In this document: positions 1 through 12,299 of the stretch, piece after piece
How the letters are laid out: each line of letters starts with the position of its first letter
Position numbering within the stretch: the first letter of the stretch is position 1
Assembly (NCBI GenBank): GCA_023213395.1
Contig: CM041465.1
Span: 200,949,741-201,013,740, forward strand
Length of the DNA: 64,000 nucleotides
Direction of reading: 5' to 3'
Source: Cycas panzhihuaensis
Lineage: Eukaryota; Plantae; Cycadophyta
The notes under the pieces: model-generated
What the model was told of the DNA's origin: nothing
Seen by the model: only the letters and a program-made list of their open reading frames with translations
Database searches by the model: none
Made by a program: the position numbers and the translations under genes

Positions 1-1270
1 GAACAAGCCTTACTTCTTCCTTAATTTTCTTTCTTCAAAGAAGCATAATCCATTCCAAGGGTAATTTTCCTAACTATGCCATTGTCCCTACAACCCTCTG
101 ATTTGTAGATGCCATGAAAGCTAGAAATGGAGCATCCCACATAGACACATAAAGGAACTGCTTGCAACCTTCACAGACAGAGATGCCACAAATACCAGAG
201 ACAAAGAGATGAAGAATGGGAAGAGAAAAGCAGATAATCCATGTCTATTGCAAACCTTTAAATCCCAAAATGATTAGGAAAAATAAGACTAAATCCTAAA
301 TTTTAGGGTTTATAAATTTGTAGACAAAGTTTTATCAAATCCCATGTATTCTTTTTGCAAATGCAAAAAGAATTAAATTTGATTAATTCACTTTTCAGGT
401 CTGCAACCTTTTTTTTTTTTTCCTTTAATGTTTTGAAATAAATAAAATTAAATTAAAATTTTAGTTTAGGTCTACCAACCCCCTTCTTGCCAGCCCCTTA
501 GTCATGTCAGCCTTGCATATGACCTCAGTCCAAACCTAAAAGGGGCTTAACCCTTATTTCACATTTTTTTTAAAATTTTACAAAAAGGGGTACCTATGTC
601 TTTTTATTAATAACTTTATCATATAGAGTCCAAATTTAATTCTGAAAGAAGCACTAGATTCCTAATTCAGACATGGACATTTTGACTAGTCAATCAAGCC
701 AATTGGATGCCATTTTGACCTACAAAATATTGTTCAAAGGCAAGTTTCATATCACAACCAAGTAAGTTAAGGTACCTGATTTTATTTGCAAATTTGCTTT
801 ATAATATTTCAAATTTATTACTTTAATTTAATAAACATCAAATTATTTATCAAATATATTATGTAACCACATCATTTTTTATATAATTTTTAATCATTTT
901 ATGTAGTTTATTAATACTTAATTAAAATCACTATTTTATTAATTATTTGATATAAATCATGATATAAGCATATAATTATTTACATGTTTGATTTAATTTC
1001 TCCAATATTTTATTAAAATTTAAATTTATTGATCAATAGCCATCAATGTTTAAATGTTAATAGGTTTATTTTCATATATTACTTGTAAAATTTAATAATA
1101 CACTTAATTTTATGCATGAACATTTACTTGCAAATAAATCAATGATTAATTTTATTTAATTAAATTCAAAGGTTGTGATTACTTTATTTTTCTCTTAATC
1201 TCATTATTTTTCTTTTGTTTCCTTCTTTTTTTCATCAAGAGGATCTCTAGTTATAGGTTTCCTATCCATA

Positions 1271-3110
1271 ATGGCACTCATGCCAAGGACAGCCTCCTAT
1301 GCTTCAATTTTAGTTCTAACTAGCTCAAATTATGCTGGCTGGAAAATTAAAATATCCTAGGTTCTTAAACAACAAAAAATTTGGTGATATGTAACAAAAG
1401 AGTTTGTAAAACTTGATGACACAGAATCAGAATCCTATATGGTCTATCTGATGAACTGTGATGGAACCTTAGGCACCATCCTAAACTTCCTCTCACTAGA
1501 CATTAGCAAGCATTTCTTTAAAATAGATGATCTCATCTACGTCTAGAAAACCCTCAAGAAAAAACATGATAATGTTGACAAACATTAGTTATCCCTCTTA
1601 GAACAACAGATGTATAACCTAAACTTTGATGATTTCTCTAAAGTTAAGGATTTTTTGGCAAAAATTTAGCTTATCAACAAGGATTTAGGTAACTGCATAA
1701 AGTCCTCAACCAAAATAGGTGATAAAACTAAAATTATCACCTATGCTAAAGACAAAAAAACACTCATCTATCTTGCCATTAACAAGTTACCTAAATACTT
1801 AAACCTTTTTAAAGTTACTAAATAGTAGGATGATTTCCCAAAAATCATTTTTAATCAAGTAACAAATCAACTGTTGATTACGAAACCATGTTAATTCAAA
1901 CTTGAAAACTATAAGATCCTTCACAGGCTTTGTTTTCCAAGTCAAAACCGACAAATAAGTTTAAACAAAATAACTTTTAGAGTAAGCACAATAATAAACC
2001 TAAGTTTCAAAAACCTCATAAAGGTTTTTTTTCTTCTTCCTCTTCTACAAACACCAAGTATTCTAGATCACTAAGAAACTAGAATATGACTAAATAATCA
2101 TTCCAAAAATTGAATAGTATTAATTCTAACTTTAATTATATCCTTAATTGTGCCTATTACCACAAAAAGGGGCACAACATCGATGCTTATAGGAGTAGAA
2201 TTGCTTCTGAAGCTTGGAAAGCTTCCATAGGGATCTAATCTCAATCCCATAATCCTAATCACTCTTTAACCACCACAACTTCAGCCTTTTTAGCTCTATC
2301 TACTCAACCACCTTTATGGATTCTTAATTTTAGCACATCCCATCATATGATGGGATACCAAGAATACTTGACCACTTACTAGTCTGATCTTAACTCTGAA
2401 GAGGAAATCTCTTTCAAGAGTGGATCTCAACTATAAGTCAAAGGAATAAGTGATGTTTCTATGAAAGACGGTTCAATCAAGGATGTATTTTACGTTTCTG
2501 GTTTATTATTGAATCTTCTTTCAGTCTGTCAAATCTATGAGAAAGACGTTGTCAAAATTTAGAAAGATAAATTTATCATCAGAAAACCCTTGAATAAGTT
2601 CAAATCAATTACTTCAAGGCCTACTAATCATAAAATAGGTCCTTGTAACTTAACAAACCTTCAACATTCTAAAATCAAAATCTTATTTGGCTTTATAGCA
2701 AAATCTGACCCTATTAGTAAGTTATAGCATGCCTGGTTTGGCCATACGAGTTATGGCAAACTTCAATACTTGAGTAAGTATGATATGGTTCATGGCTTAC
2801 CCCCCCTAACCATTATCTATTATATTTGTGAAGCATGTGTTATAAGTAAATAAGATATGGACCCTTTCCCACATCACACCTCTTTTCAAGCAAAAGCTCA
2901 ACTCAAACTCGTTCACTCCAATATCTGTAGCCTATTCCAAGTACCTTCATATTCTAGAAGCATATATTTTGTTACCTTCATCGATGACTTAGTGTCGGCT
3001 ATATATGCTCAAAATAATGAGTCATATATTTGACATCTTTGTTGAGTTCAAAACTTTAGTTAAAAATTAAACTAACTCCAAAATCAAAATCTTTAGGTCT
3101 GATAATAATA
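1271..3110 (+). mobile_element. Degenerate Ty1/Copia gag-protease-integrase region, truncated inside integrase; 1-1270 is probably its leader
   Basis: Manual translation with many stops: gag start MALMPRTASYASILVLTSSNYAGWKIKI, decayed zinc knuckle CAYYHKKGH (~2150), protease WILNFSTSHHM (~2317), GAG-pre-integrase HAWFGH...CEAC (~2730-2840), integrase LVHSNIC / YFVTFIDD / IKIFRSDN (~2910-3110). No RT follows. Confidence 0.9.
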
Positions 3111-4334
3111 CATAAGAAGATGAAGATATATCTAAAACCATTACCATCACTTAGAAGCATATTACTTTGCCTAAAGGTTATACTAAATGATGATGCATAT
3201 TTATGGACTCAATAGTCATTTGGATGATGAATGCTAAGTATTTCATAGGATAAAGTTTTAAGCTCACACTCAAACTCAATCTAAATCCAACTTAGATCAA
3301 CTAATTTACAGAAATCCTTTCCTTGACCATAACAATAATAACCATAGGAGGAGACAACCTCAAACATAAAATAGCAATAATTATTCTTCAAATCAACCCT
3401 CTACATCTAAGACTCCTTCTACATCTTCTAAAGAAATAAACTCTTATACTGTGTGATGAACCAGTCCTTCCTCCCAAAGAAGACCTCCCTCTCACAAATA
3501 TTCCCCACAAATGATTCCACCCCATTTTAAATGCCCCTTATATCCTTACCACAACTTATGTCATGTCTAAGAAGAACCTTAAATCCCATGAATTTGTTCT
3601 TATTACTACTAAGTTTAGTGTTTGCCTTGCCACATCCACTCCTTATGCCAACCAATCATCCTTCTTTATCCTTTGAAATAGGCTATAAAAGAAAAATCTT
3701 TAAATTTCTATGTTGAAATTATCCTTCACAACTCCATACTTAAAGATTTGCATCTCACTTATACTAGATTGATTCTAGAGATGCTTAGGCATATCCTTGG
3801 CAATTTTAAATTCTTCCCAACCCCTTGACATCATTCATTCTTAAAATTCTTTTGTACATTCTTAAAATTCTTTGTAGACCACCCTTGTGTTGATATACAA
3901 CTTAAATCATAATAAGACAATTCCATCCCTTTAAAAACCCATACCTATACCATTAAAAACAAATCCATCTAGGGATTGCCATTAAAGAATCCATCCTTGC
4001 AATTATGTTTTGAAGCACTATCCACTTGCTTAGTTACATCTCTCTACTTATACCTTCCAAATATCCAACCAAAGCCTTTAAAAACCATAATCACCCCCCT
4101 TTTAGAGTCATCCCTTCCTTACCCATCACCTTTGACAATAGGACTATTCACTTGAATCCTAAATTAGTTGACCAATCACATAACTATCATCTCCTCCTTG
4201 TTCATTTCTTGTGCATGATTTGATGGTAGCTATTAATTGTATTATGTTATTCAATTTTTAAACAATTCAAATTCCCCTAAAAAATCAAGTCATCACCAAT
4301 GATCCTATTAAATTTGTTGGTTATACATCCACGT

Positions 4335-4442
4335 TCCCAACTCTTCCTACTTTTTTCACTCATTCTGCTTAACTACAACTTGATCCCATCCCAACTCTTC
4401 CTACTTTTTTCACTCATTCTTCTTAACTACAACTTGATCCCA
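4335..4442. repeat. 54-bp tandem duplication, 2 copies, 1 mismatch
   Basis: TCCCAACTCTTCCTACTTTTTTCACTCATTCT(G/T)CTTAACTACAACTTGATCCCA starts at 4335 and again at 4389. Confidence 0.95.
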
Positions 4443-4623
4443 TCATACCCTATTGCATGTTCGAACATTCCACCACCTCTACCCTATATCATACATATCT
4501 ATTTCCATCCACTTTTGTTCTTACATTCTACTTCTATAAATGTTTAGTGGTAATGTTTGTCTTGTATCTCTTAGCAACCATTTTATTTTTTATTCTTATT
4601 ATATTCAATCTTAGCATATGGTC

Positions 4624-4903
4624 TAGCCTCATGGGGCTGGGTGGATTGGTAAGTTGTGGCGATTACCAAGGCGAGACTCAAGTTCAAAACTCATGAGTGC
4701 AAGTCACTTTACAAGGAAGTAGTCCGACCAAAGTCCGTTGAGTGTGCGCCAGCTGTACGATGGCGATATGAACTCCAAGCATAGCCAGTACAAAGGCGGT
4801 ACAAAAACCTGGATCCCGGGGGTCCCCCTTACTTCGGAACTTTGTACCAAGGGTGGCTAGAGGTTCTCCTCTAGATATCAAAAAAAAAAAAAAAACAAAA
4901 ATC
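4624..4903 (+). mobile_element. tRNA-derived SINE (~280 bp) with poly(A) tail and 16-bp target-site duplication
   Basis: A-box-like TGGGTGGATTGG (4638), B-box-like AGTTCAAAACTC (4681), 3' end ...GATATC followed by A16. Flanking direct repeats ATCTTAGCATATGGTC (4608-4623) and ATCTTGACATATGGTC (4904-4919) match at 14/16. Confidence 0.8.
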
Positions 4904-4919
4904 ATCTTGACATATGGTC

Positions 4920-6010
4920 GCTTCCCACCCTACGTAACGTGCTTCAACATAACGTTTTTCTCGACAGCCTTTTGGCTATTGTTAGAGAGGCCAACTTTGT
5001 CTATGTTTTAGAAACCAGAGCGATTGGTATTTCTACTCGCGATCTTTCTATAATCATCGTCATTGGGGCTAAATATGCTCCGCTATCCATGACAAAGAAA
5101 TGCCCAACGTGCCTAGGCTTGTGGCTCCTTCCTGCCAAATTCGGGCTGAAGGATATAATTCTCAAATATTTTTCCGTATGCTCCACTAAGATTAGGCGTC
5201 ACTCGATCACTGACCGTGGTTAAGTCTCGAACTGAAAAGATCTCAAATGTTTCTCCTAATTTAAGGCGGTGCGCTTATATCCGAACTCTGCCCGCTCCCA
5301 CATGACCGTGCTATGCTTCTGAAACCACACCAATGCATAATCTTTGGCCATCTCCTCACAGCTCCTTCCGCCTTAACCTTCACAGTATTCAATTGGAACA
5401 CTCACAGAAAACTCTAAACGTAGCTCTGATACCCCGAATAATTATCCGAGTTGAATCCGTAGTTTGTTCTACTGTCGTATGCTGGGCAAATATAACTATG
5501 TGATCGCAAACTCCTCCAAAACGATGCCGATTCGCGTTAGCAATTAGCGACGACGTTAGTAACTTTTCTGTAGTGCGAGTAGATGCATCTAACCCTCCTT
5601 GTAACGGAGAAATCTGAGTAGAGATCATATCACTGCAAGCTCAGCTTTGATACGTTCACCGCCGTCCTCTACGGCTTGTGATGTTCCCAGGTCACATTGC
5701 TACAGCAGAATCAACCGTACTAAAGGCTAGGATCGATCCCCTGACCGGCCCAGTTTTAGTACCGTCTCACCTCATAAATTCCACTGGACTTCGCCGATAC
5801 GGCCGCCATGGAAGGGTGTGGCTTGAAGGTTTGAACATTCATTGAACGGAACAAGGAGCGGAGCATGTTTGAAGGAATTCTTTATTTTTCTTCTAACTAT
5901 CAGAGCATGGCGAGCGCAATGTCACGTCAGAAAACCAATCGCCGACTTTAAATTCCATAACTCCTCTGCGCACTTACGTGACCTACCCACCTAAGGTTAG
6001 TGGGCTCTAA
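4920..6010. promoter_or_regulatory. CpG-rich island, probably an unmethylated promoter / 5' gene region
   Basis: About 55-60 CpG in ~1.08 kb by hand count, versus roughly 0-1 per 60 nt in most of the window. Clustered motifs at 5920-6006: TGACGTGA/ACGTCA, CCAAT, TTTAAA, a second ACGT core and TGGGCT (site II-like). Confidence 0.6.
5771..5866 (-). CDS. Candidate first coding exon of an unidentified host gene (MLRSLFRSMNVQTFKPHPSMAAVSAKSSGIYE)
   Basis: In-frame ATGs at 5866 and 5809 (the latter in ccATGGCG context). The frame reaches a consensus donor GAG|GTGAGA. The N-terminus is Arg/Ser/Leu-rich with no acidic residues. It lies just downstream of the promoter motifs. No homology recognised. 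Confidence 0.35.
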
Positions 6011-6750
6011 CTTTGTAGATTGAGACTTCTAATTCAAGTCAAATTCTCAAACATAGGTGGCCAAAATTAAGGTGATGTTTGAGTATATTTTGAATATAAG
6101 TGGACCAAGTCAAACCTTCAATAATTTGTGATTCTAAGCCAATTGTTAGGTTTTAACTTTGAAATTTTACAAGTGGGAGAAGCTTTTCCTTAAAGTATAG
6201 AATTTAGAATTTTTTTTTCTTGTCATCTTTACATTTCTAGCTCTTATTAGAGATTGTTTAGAGTTTGGGTCAAACATTTACTTAATAAGAAGTGTTTTTC
6301 ATAAATTCATCATTGACTTGAACTTGGGTACTCTAGTTAATTTTCCTAAATAAGGGTTGTTTTCAAGTTCAAAACCTATCCACAAAATCTAAGAATCTAT
6401 CAAATAAATACTCTACATAAGTTGGCTAAAAAAATAGTTTACACATGTAATAATGAATTTTAAATAGTTCTTAAATCAAGTTTCCTCATTAATTAATAAC
6501 TTTTAAAACTATGAATAGCCATTACCAATCACAAGATAGATATAGGTTTTAACTAACATCTTCATTGTGTAGATTCTAAGTTACATGAGATTGGAATCTT
6601 TGAAAGCCTATTCAAAGGGTTATCCTAAAGAGTCAAATATGGAGTAAGTCAATCAAGAGTTAGAAAGATGGAGGTAGTTTCCATAAGCACAATTTTAATA
6701 TATATCTATCATCATTGTAAATATAGAAATTAAAGAAATGAACTATTGTA

Positions 6751-7124
6751 TGTTAGATAGGGAAAATACAAATGCAAAAGTATGAGTAATAGACTCAACG
6801 GAGCTTAATCTACAGATGAGTTGATGAAAAAACAAAGCAAGTAAAATACAAGATTAATAAAATGCGTATGCAATAACAAGCTTAATATTAGGAAAAAAAA
6901 GGGCCATACTTTAATTATTTAAGAGAATATTATACATACTTATAATGCATATTCACCTTATGTGAGATAATTTAAAAGTTGACTTTTATGTGCTTCACAC
7001 ACATTTCAACTAAGTCTACTAGCACACAATTTCATGGTGTTTATAATATCATATTGAAAAAATATGGGATAGTAAAAAGAGAGGCTAATATAATATTTTA
7101 TAAAATTAAATATTACATCTAACA
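6751..7124. mobile_element. LTR-like segment (~374 bp)
   Basis: Termini TGTTAGAT...ATCTAACA form a perfect 8-bp inverted repeat. No matching 5-bp TSD (TTGTA vs CTTTA) and no partner LTR in the window. Confidence 0.4.
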
Positions 7125-7749
7125 CTTTACCATCTAAATCATAATACTTAAACATATAAATTGATTATACTAGATTACAACTATCTAAGTAATTAGCCCT
7201 TAACCTAATTAGCTTGAGAGGGATCCCTTTCAATTTGCATTAAATCATCAAAATTACATTATACATAGAAGTTCCTAACAAACATGTATGTCAAGACCCA
7301 CAAAAAAACTCACATAATAGAGAGAGCATATCATAAATAGAGTTGGAATCTGATTACTAGAATCCAATTATTATGACTTACTTATGGAGTAATCATCTAT
7401 AGGTTTCTTGTTACTCCTTTTTAATGGGTAAGTATATTAATATCCTATTATATGATTTAATAGATTTACATCAAGCGTAATGCGACTTTCTTTCATGTGG
7501 GATTCATTTTCAATTAGAGAGGTTTTTGTTAAAAAACATTCTTCTTATTGTAATATTTACCCTATATGAGTTACATTATATAAACAATTTGCGAATACCC
7601 CTTTTATGAAAGTTATATTACAAAAATGTGTATATTATTATATTATTCTAATTACTTAAGAAGGATACATGATAATTGTCAATGCTTTCCTTAATAACCT
7701 TAATGTTAAATTTACAATATATGAAAATTGATTTTCCTACAATTTCATC

Positions 7750-8608
7750 TCATATTTGAATGTCCTTATCAATATTGCTTTAGTTTTAACATTATTAAGG
7801 ATATTACTAACATTATCATCAACCATCTCCTTAGAATTATTATCTCTAAATTTAGTATCCATAATGATTCTTCAAAGTTAGTACTTGCCTTTAAGATGAT
7901 TCCTCTTATCTCTTAACTAAAAATCAAGGCCTTACCCCCACCAAAAAAAGATTTTCAATATCATTTATTACTAATTCCATTGGCATATTTAACCCATTAC
8001 ACCACCTCTTTTATTAAAAAAAATATATTTTTCTTAATCATTTAATTCTTATATTTCCTTTGATATCTTGAAGTTTCCTCTTATTTTGGTTCTAATTCTT
8101 ATAGTCATAGACTTTGACAAATATTTTATCCTCTACACATCTTCCATTTGGCCATTCTATAAATATCATTCTCAAGTAAGAACATCATTATAAAGTTGAT
8201 TATACAAATCTATTATATTAGCAATTTGCTTATTAGGTTTAAACCTAAACATTTATATATTAATAAGTAACACCTTGTTATTATCTATAATACTAAGAAA
8301 CATTGCTTGTATCTCCCCAATAACAACACTAAAGCAATTATCTCCTCTTATCTTATAAAACAACTTCTTAATAAAATTAATCCTTTTGTCCATGTAAGAT
8401 GTTAGACCATTCTTTTAAAAGAGTTTGTTTGGCTTTTTTTGTTATGAGATCTAGAAAGAGAAAGGCTATAACTAAATACCTTGCAAGCATCCCCTTGCCA
8501 TCCATTTCTTTTATATATCTTGTCCATACCATCTTTGCTAATGATGTCATAAATGACATATTTATATTAGTGCATAAGCAACTTAAATCAATATTATATC
8601 AAAGACAA
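7750..8608 (-). mobile_element. Possible highly decayed LINE 3' region (zf-RVT / RNase H-like)
   Basis: Weak motifs only: KRNGWQGDAC (~8480-8510) resembles the L1 zf-RVT KRxWxGxxxC, and GGGKALIF...RGII (~7900-7945) resembles the RNase H-like GGxxRDxxG. Confidence 0.3.
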
Positions 8609-11057
8609 TGGTTTACTAGCTTTGGGCCAATCACAATAGGGTCACTAAGGTGACTAGTCTAAAATGCAAGCCTTTTCAACACTTCTGAAAAGGAGTCCTT
8701 CACCACTTGTGAATATATTTTAAACTAAAGGAATGGCCTTGAAGTAAGGTAAAACAATTTTGCATGCATAAAGAAATTGAAAGAGATCTAAGTCTAATAA
8801 CAAAACAAACTTGCATGCAACAACTAAGATGCAATTTTTGTTTGCATGAGAACATTATACAATATGCATACAAGTAAAGATAAGAAAGAATACAAAAGGC
8901 AAGGGAGATTTAGATATCAAAGTTGTACATATAATTATCATAATGCTTACCCTTTTACTTCTTTTTTTATCACTTCGGTATACTCAATAGAATGCAAAAG
9001 AGTAAAGAGACAAGTAATCATTGAATTATGAGCTCAAGCCTAGGACCCACTACATTAAACCATGCAAGATGAATTTTATTCTTTTATCATGTATATAAGT
9101 GCAATAATCAAGAGTAATCAAAGTAAATAAGTTGAGAACAAAAGTTAATTAACATTGCTTCCTTTTTCTTATTTCACCTCTTTAATAATTTTTATATCAA
9201 GAAAATAAAAGATCTCTAAAGAAAGAAAATTGTACCAGGTGTTTGAATTTATGACTTCACTTACTTGATATCCCTCTTGTGTTGAGGTAAAGCTCAATGA
9301 TGTAGAAAGCAAAAGACAAGTATTATAATAATGGACAAAAATATAATATCTCTCACATATAATTATACAAGAAACTCAAAATGATCTCAAACTAGCATAT
9401 AACAAAAAATTAACCTTTACATGTAAGTAAAACACTTAATTCATCCAATAACCTTCTCCAATTTCTAATTCCACCTCCTCTCAAGATTTTGGAAATCAAT
9501 ATACCAATTCTTTAAGGGTTAAGCTCATTGAGAATTAGAGGAAAGAGAGAATTAGAGAATAAAAATCACTCAAATGAAAGGATTAAAATACTTATAGCAA
9601 GCTAAACATACCATCAAATCATGTAATTTCAAAAGTGATGAGAGCTAAACAACAAGAACAAGAATACCTTTTTTTGTTGATTTTTAACCTTTTTAACAAG
9701 ATTTAGTAGCAACATAACTAAATAATATTACTTTGATGATGATCGAAACTAGTAATAATTACCTCAAAATGGTGCCATGTTTTTGCCCAAAATTTACCAT
9801 CAAGTCCTTGAGGCTATGAGGATGAAAAAAATGATGATAAAAGTATTAGTAAAGAGGGTGAATAACACAAGAAAAATTAGTAGAAGTTATAGAAGATCGA
9901 TTTCAATGGATGAATGAGCAAGTAAACTTGAGAACTGAGAAGAAGATAATATAAATGTAGCTTATTATCCCTCACAATAGGTCCAACTAAACTTCATAGG
10001 GATGAATCCCCAATTAGATCTTAAATAGTGTGGGAAAGAAGGGTTACATCTCATAAAAAATTTAGTATTTTTTAAGGCAAAAACTTACTTAGGAAAGAGC
10101 ATACATAAGAGAACTTATAAAACTCTCTTTCTAGTGGTCACAACCAGACTGCTCTACTATTAATGGATGTCCCCCTTCTACCCCCAACCCTCCTAGATGA
10201 TGGAATCAATCCCAAATAGAAATCATGCCATGACGTTTGGCCATGATCTAGCTAATTTCCAATAAGAATTATATATGGATAAGTTCTAAAATGTTTAGAG
10301 GTAGTTGGGATAGGTAAGGCAACCTGTCCCATGAAATCTAGGTGGTTAAAACTAAGAATAATATAGAAATCAGTGTTTTTTATTTAAAAAATTATAAATA
10401 GCATAGTAAAAACTATGATTTCCTTAATAAAGCATGATAGTCACATTTTATTAAGGACCTAAAATGTGATTTTCTTAATAAAATATGATTGTTATATTTT
10501 GTTAAGAAACCCACATTTTTAACATAATAAAAAATATGATTAGGGGATAATTAAGAACTAAAAAAAAATATTTTTCTTACATCAATCAGTCTAATAAAGA
10601 TTATTTTAGTTTAAATATTAACTGATGAAGTTAGAATCAATGAATCTCAAGGCTAAAACTAGGGCTAAACATGTAAAAAAGATCAAGTAAAACAAATTAA
10701 AGCAACATTAAGTAGGAACTTGAATGATGAATATAGTAGTTGAATGAGATGGTTTTATATTAAGTAGAAAATAAGATATACTCCATAATATCAGTCATCA
10801 AAAAGTACATAATTATCATTGCATACAATTAATAATTTAATCACCATATCATAGTCTAAAGCAACACATTAAAAGCCCAAATACATATGTAACTATAACT
10901 AGACCATGGAATGGTGAATAAAAAAACCAATCACTGATTCCTCATAATAGCAAATACATATTTAAATATATATATCAAAGCCCATCATTAAACAATCTAT
11001 AGTAAAAAATTTAATAGTAAGCCCAATTAAGTGAAAGGACCAAATTTTGGTGAAACA
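8609..11057 (-). repeat. Tat1 3' LTR
   Basis: Colinear with 37628-40025 (77-89% identity in two sampled blocks); termini TGG...AACA on the plus strand. Confidence 0.92.
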
Positions 11058-12299
11058 TTTGGTCGCTTGTCACTAGAGACTCCTGCTTTAGGATGAAAGT
11101 AAGATGGTGAATAATGACAATTTGGAATTAGGATTAAATATGTTTTTGATATTGTAATAAAAGTATAGCCTAAATGATAGAACTATATGTGATGGGGTAA
11201 TGGTGAAAATAGTTTTCATTAGGACTAACTCTATCAAAAATAGGAAAAATACTCTTGAACTATGACTGAACTAGTGATCTTTATCATTGGTGATACTAGA
11301 TTGCTCATTGAATTAATGGGGTTTTACAAGGAGGATTGTTACCATAGCTTAATCTTATTAGTAATGCTTTAGATGGGGGTCCTATGTAAAAGCACAATAG
11401 AAAAAGAATATCATATTTTAGGCTCATTAATAGATGACTTTTCAGAGCTAAAGACTAACATAGTTGAAGCTCATTAGTAGGTGACTTTTTAGAGTATGAC
11501 TACCATAGTTTAGGTTCTTCAATAGGTTAATTCTCAAAGCATGATAATAAGAGTAAATACAAAGATAAAAAAATAGATCCAATGGACTATAAATATGAAT
11601 AAGATTGACCATACTGACCTTAAAGTGAATATCTTGCTTAAGTAAACTTTAATGCCTTCATTAATAACAAGAAGGGTAAAACTAAGGATAAATCGACATG
11701 CTAAGGTATGAATCAGATGAATATGAATATAAAAACCATAGCATTAGTAAAACATCATTGTGTAATTAGACTAAATTGAGAGAATAAAAATTTTAATTTT
11801 GGATGAAGAGTCCCTTTTATATAAAAGGGACATTATTTAAATTCATTTTTATCAATGAGAGTTTGATCCACAGGGTATTTTTTAGAGTAAAATTATGAAT
11901 TGGTGGATCTTCCATATTATTTTTAAGGATTGAATGGATATTAGCAAGTGTGATTAACAGAGATGCATCATGGGATATATTATCTGGTAAGTCCAATGTA
12001 CTAAAATTTATTTTTCTTATAGAAATTTTATTTAAAAAGGTGACTTTATCAAATAAAAAAGTGGAGCATGGAGTAAAATATGATCAATATTTTGAAAACT
12101 TGACTTTCAAAATTGGTAGTCTTAGAAATCATATTTTTGGATTGACTAATCATGTTTTTTTCCATAAAATCATATTTTTTACTTTAAAATCATGTTTTTT
12201 ACTTATCTTTTCATGTTTTTAAAAAGCTTAACTTAGTTGAAGGAAAAGATAGAAAATGAATGATAAATACTAGGTCTAACTTGACTTCATTTCTCGTGA

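Noticed and set aside
3110-4330. Short ORFs between the left Copia and the SINE
   Set aside because: No recognisable motifs; probably decayed TE sequence, but I cannot assign it.
5295-5345. USE-like TCCCACATG (snRNA / telomerase RNA promoter)
   Set aside because: No properly spaced TATA box and no recognisable snRNA or telomeric template downstream.
5312-5811. Minus-strand frame interrupted only by TGA stops, beginning PWRPY
   Set aside because: No recognisable protein and no reason to invoke an alternative genetic code; plausible by chance in higher-GC sequence.
4980-6012. Island as a solo LTR (GTTAGAG inverted ends)
   Set aside because: The right end lacks CA and there is no TSD (GCTAT vs TTGTA).
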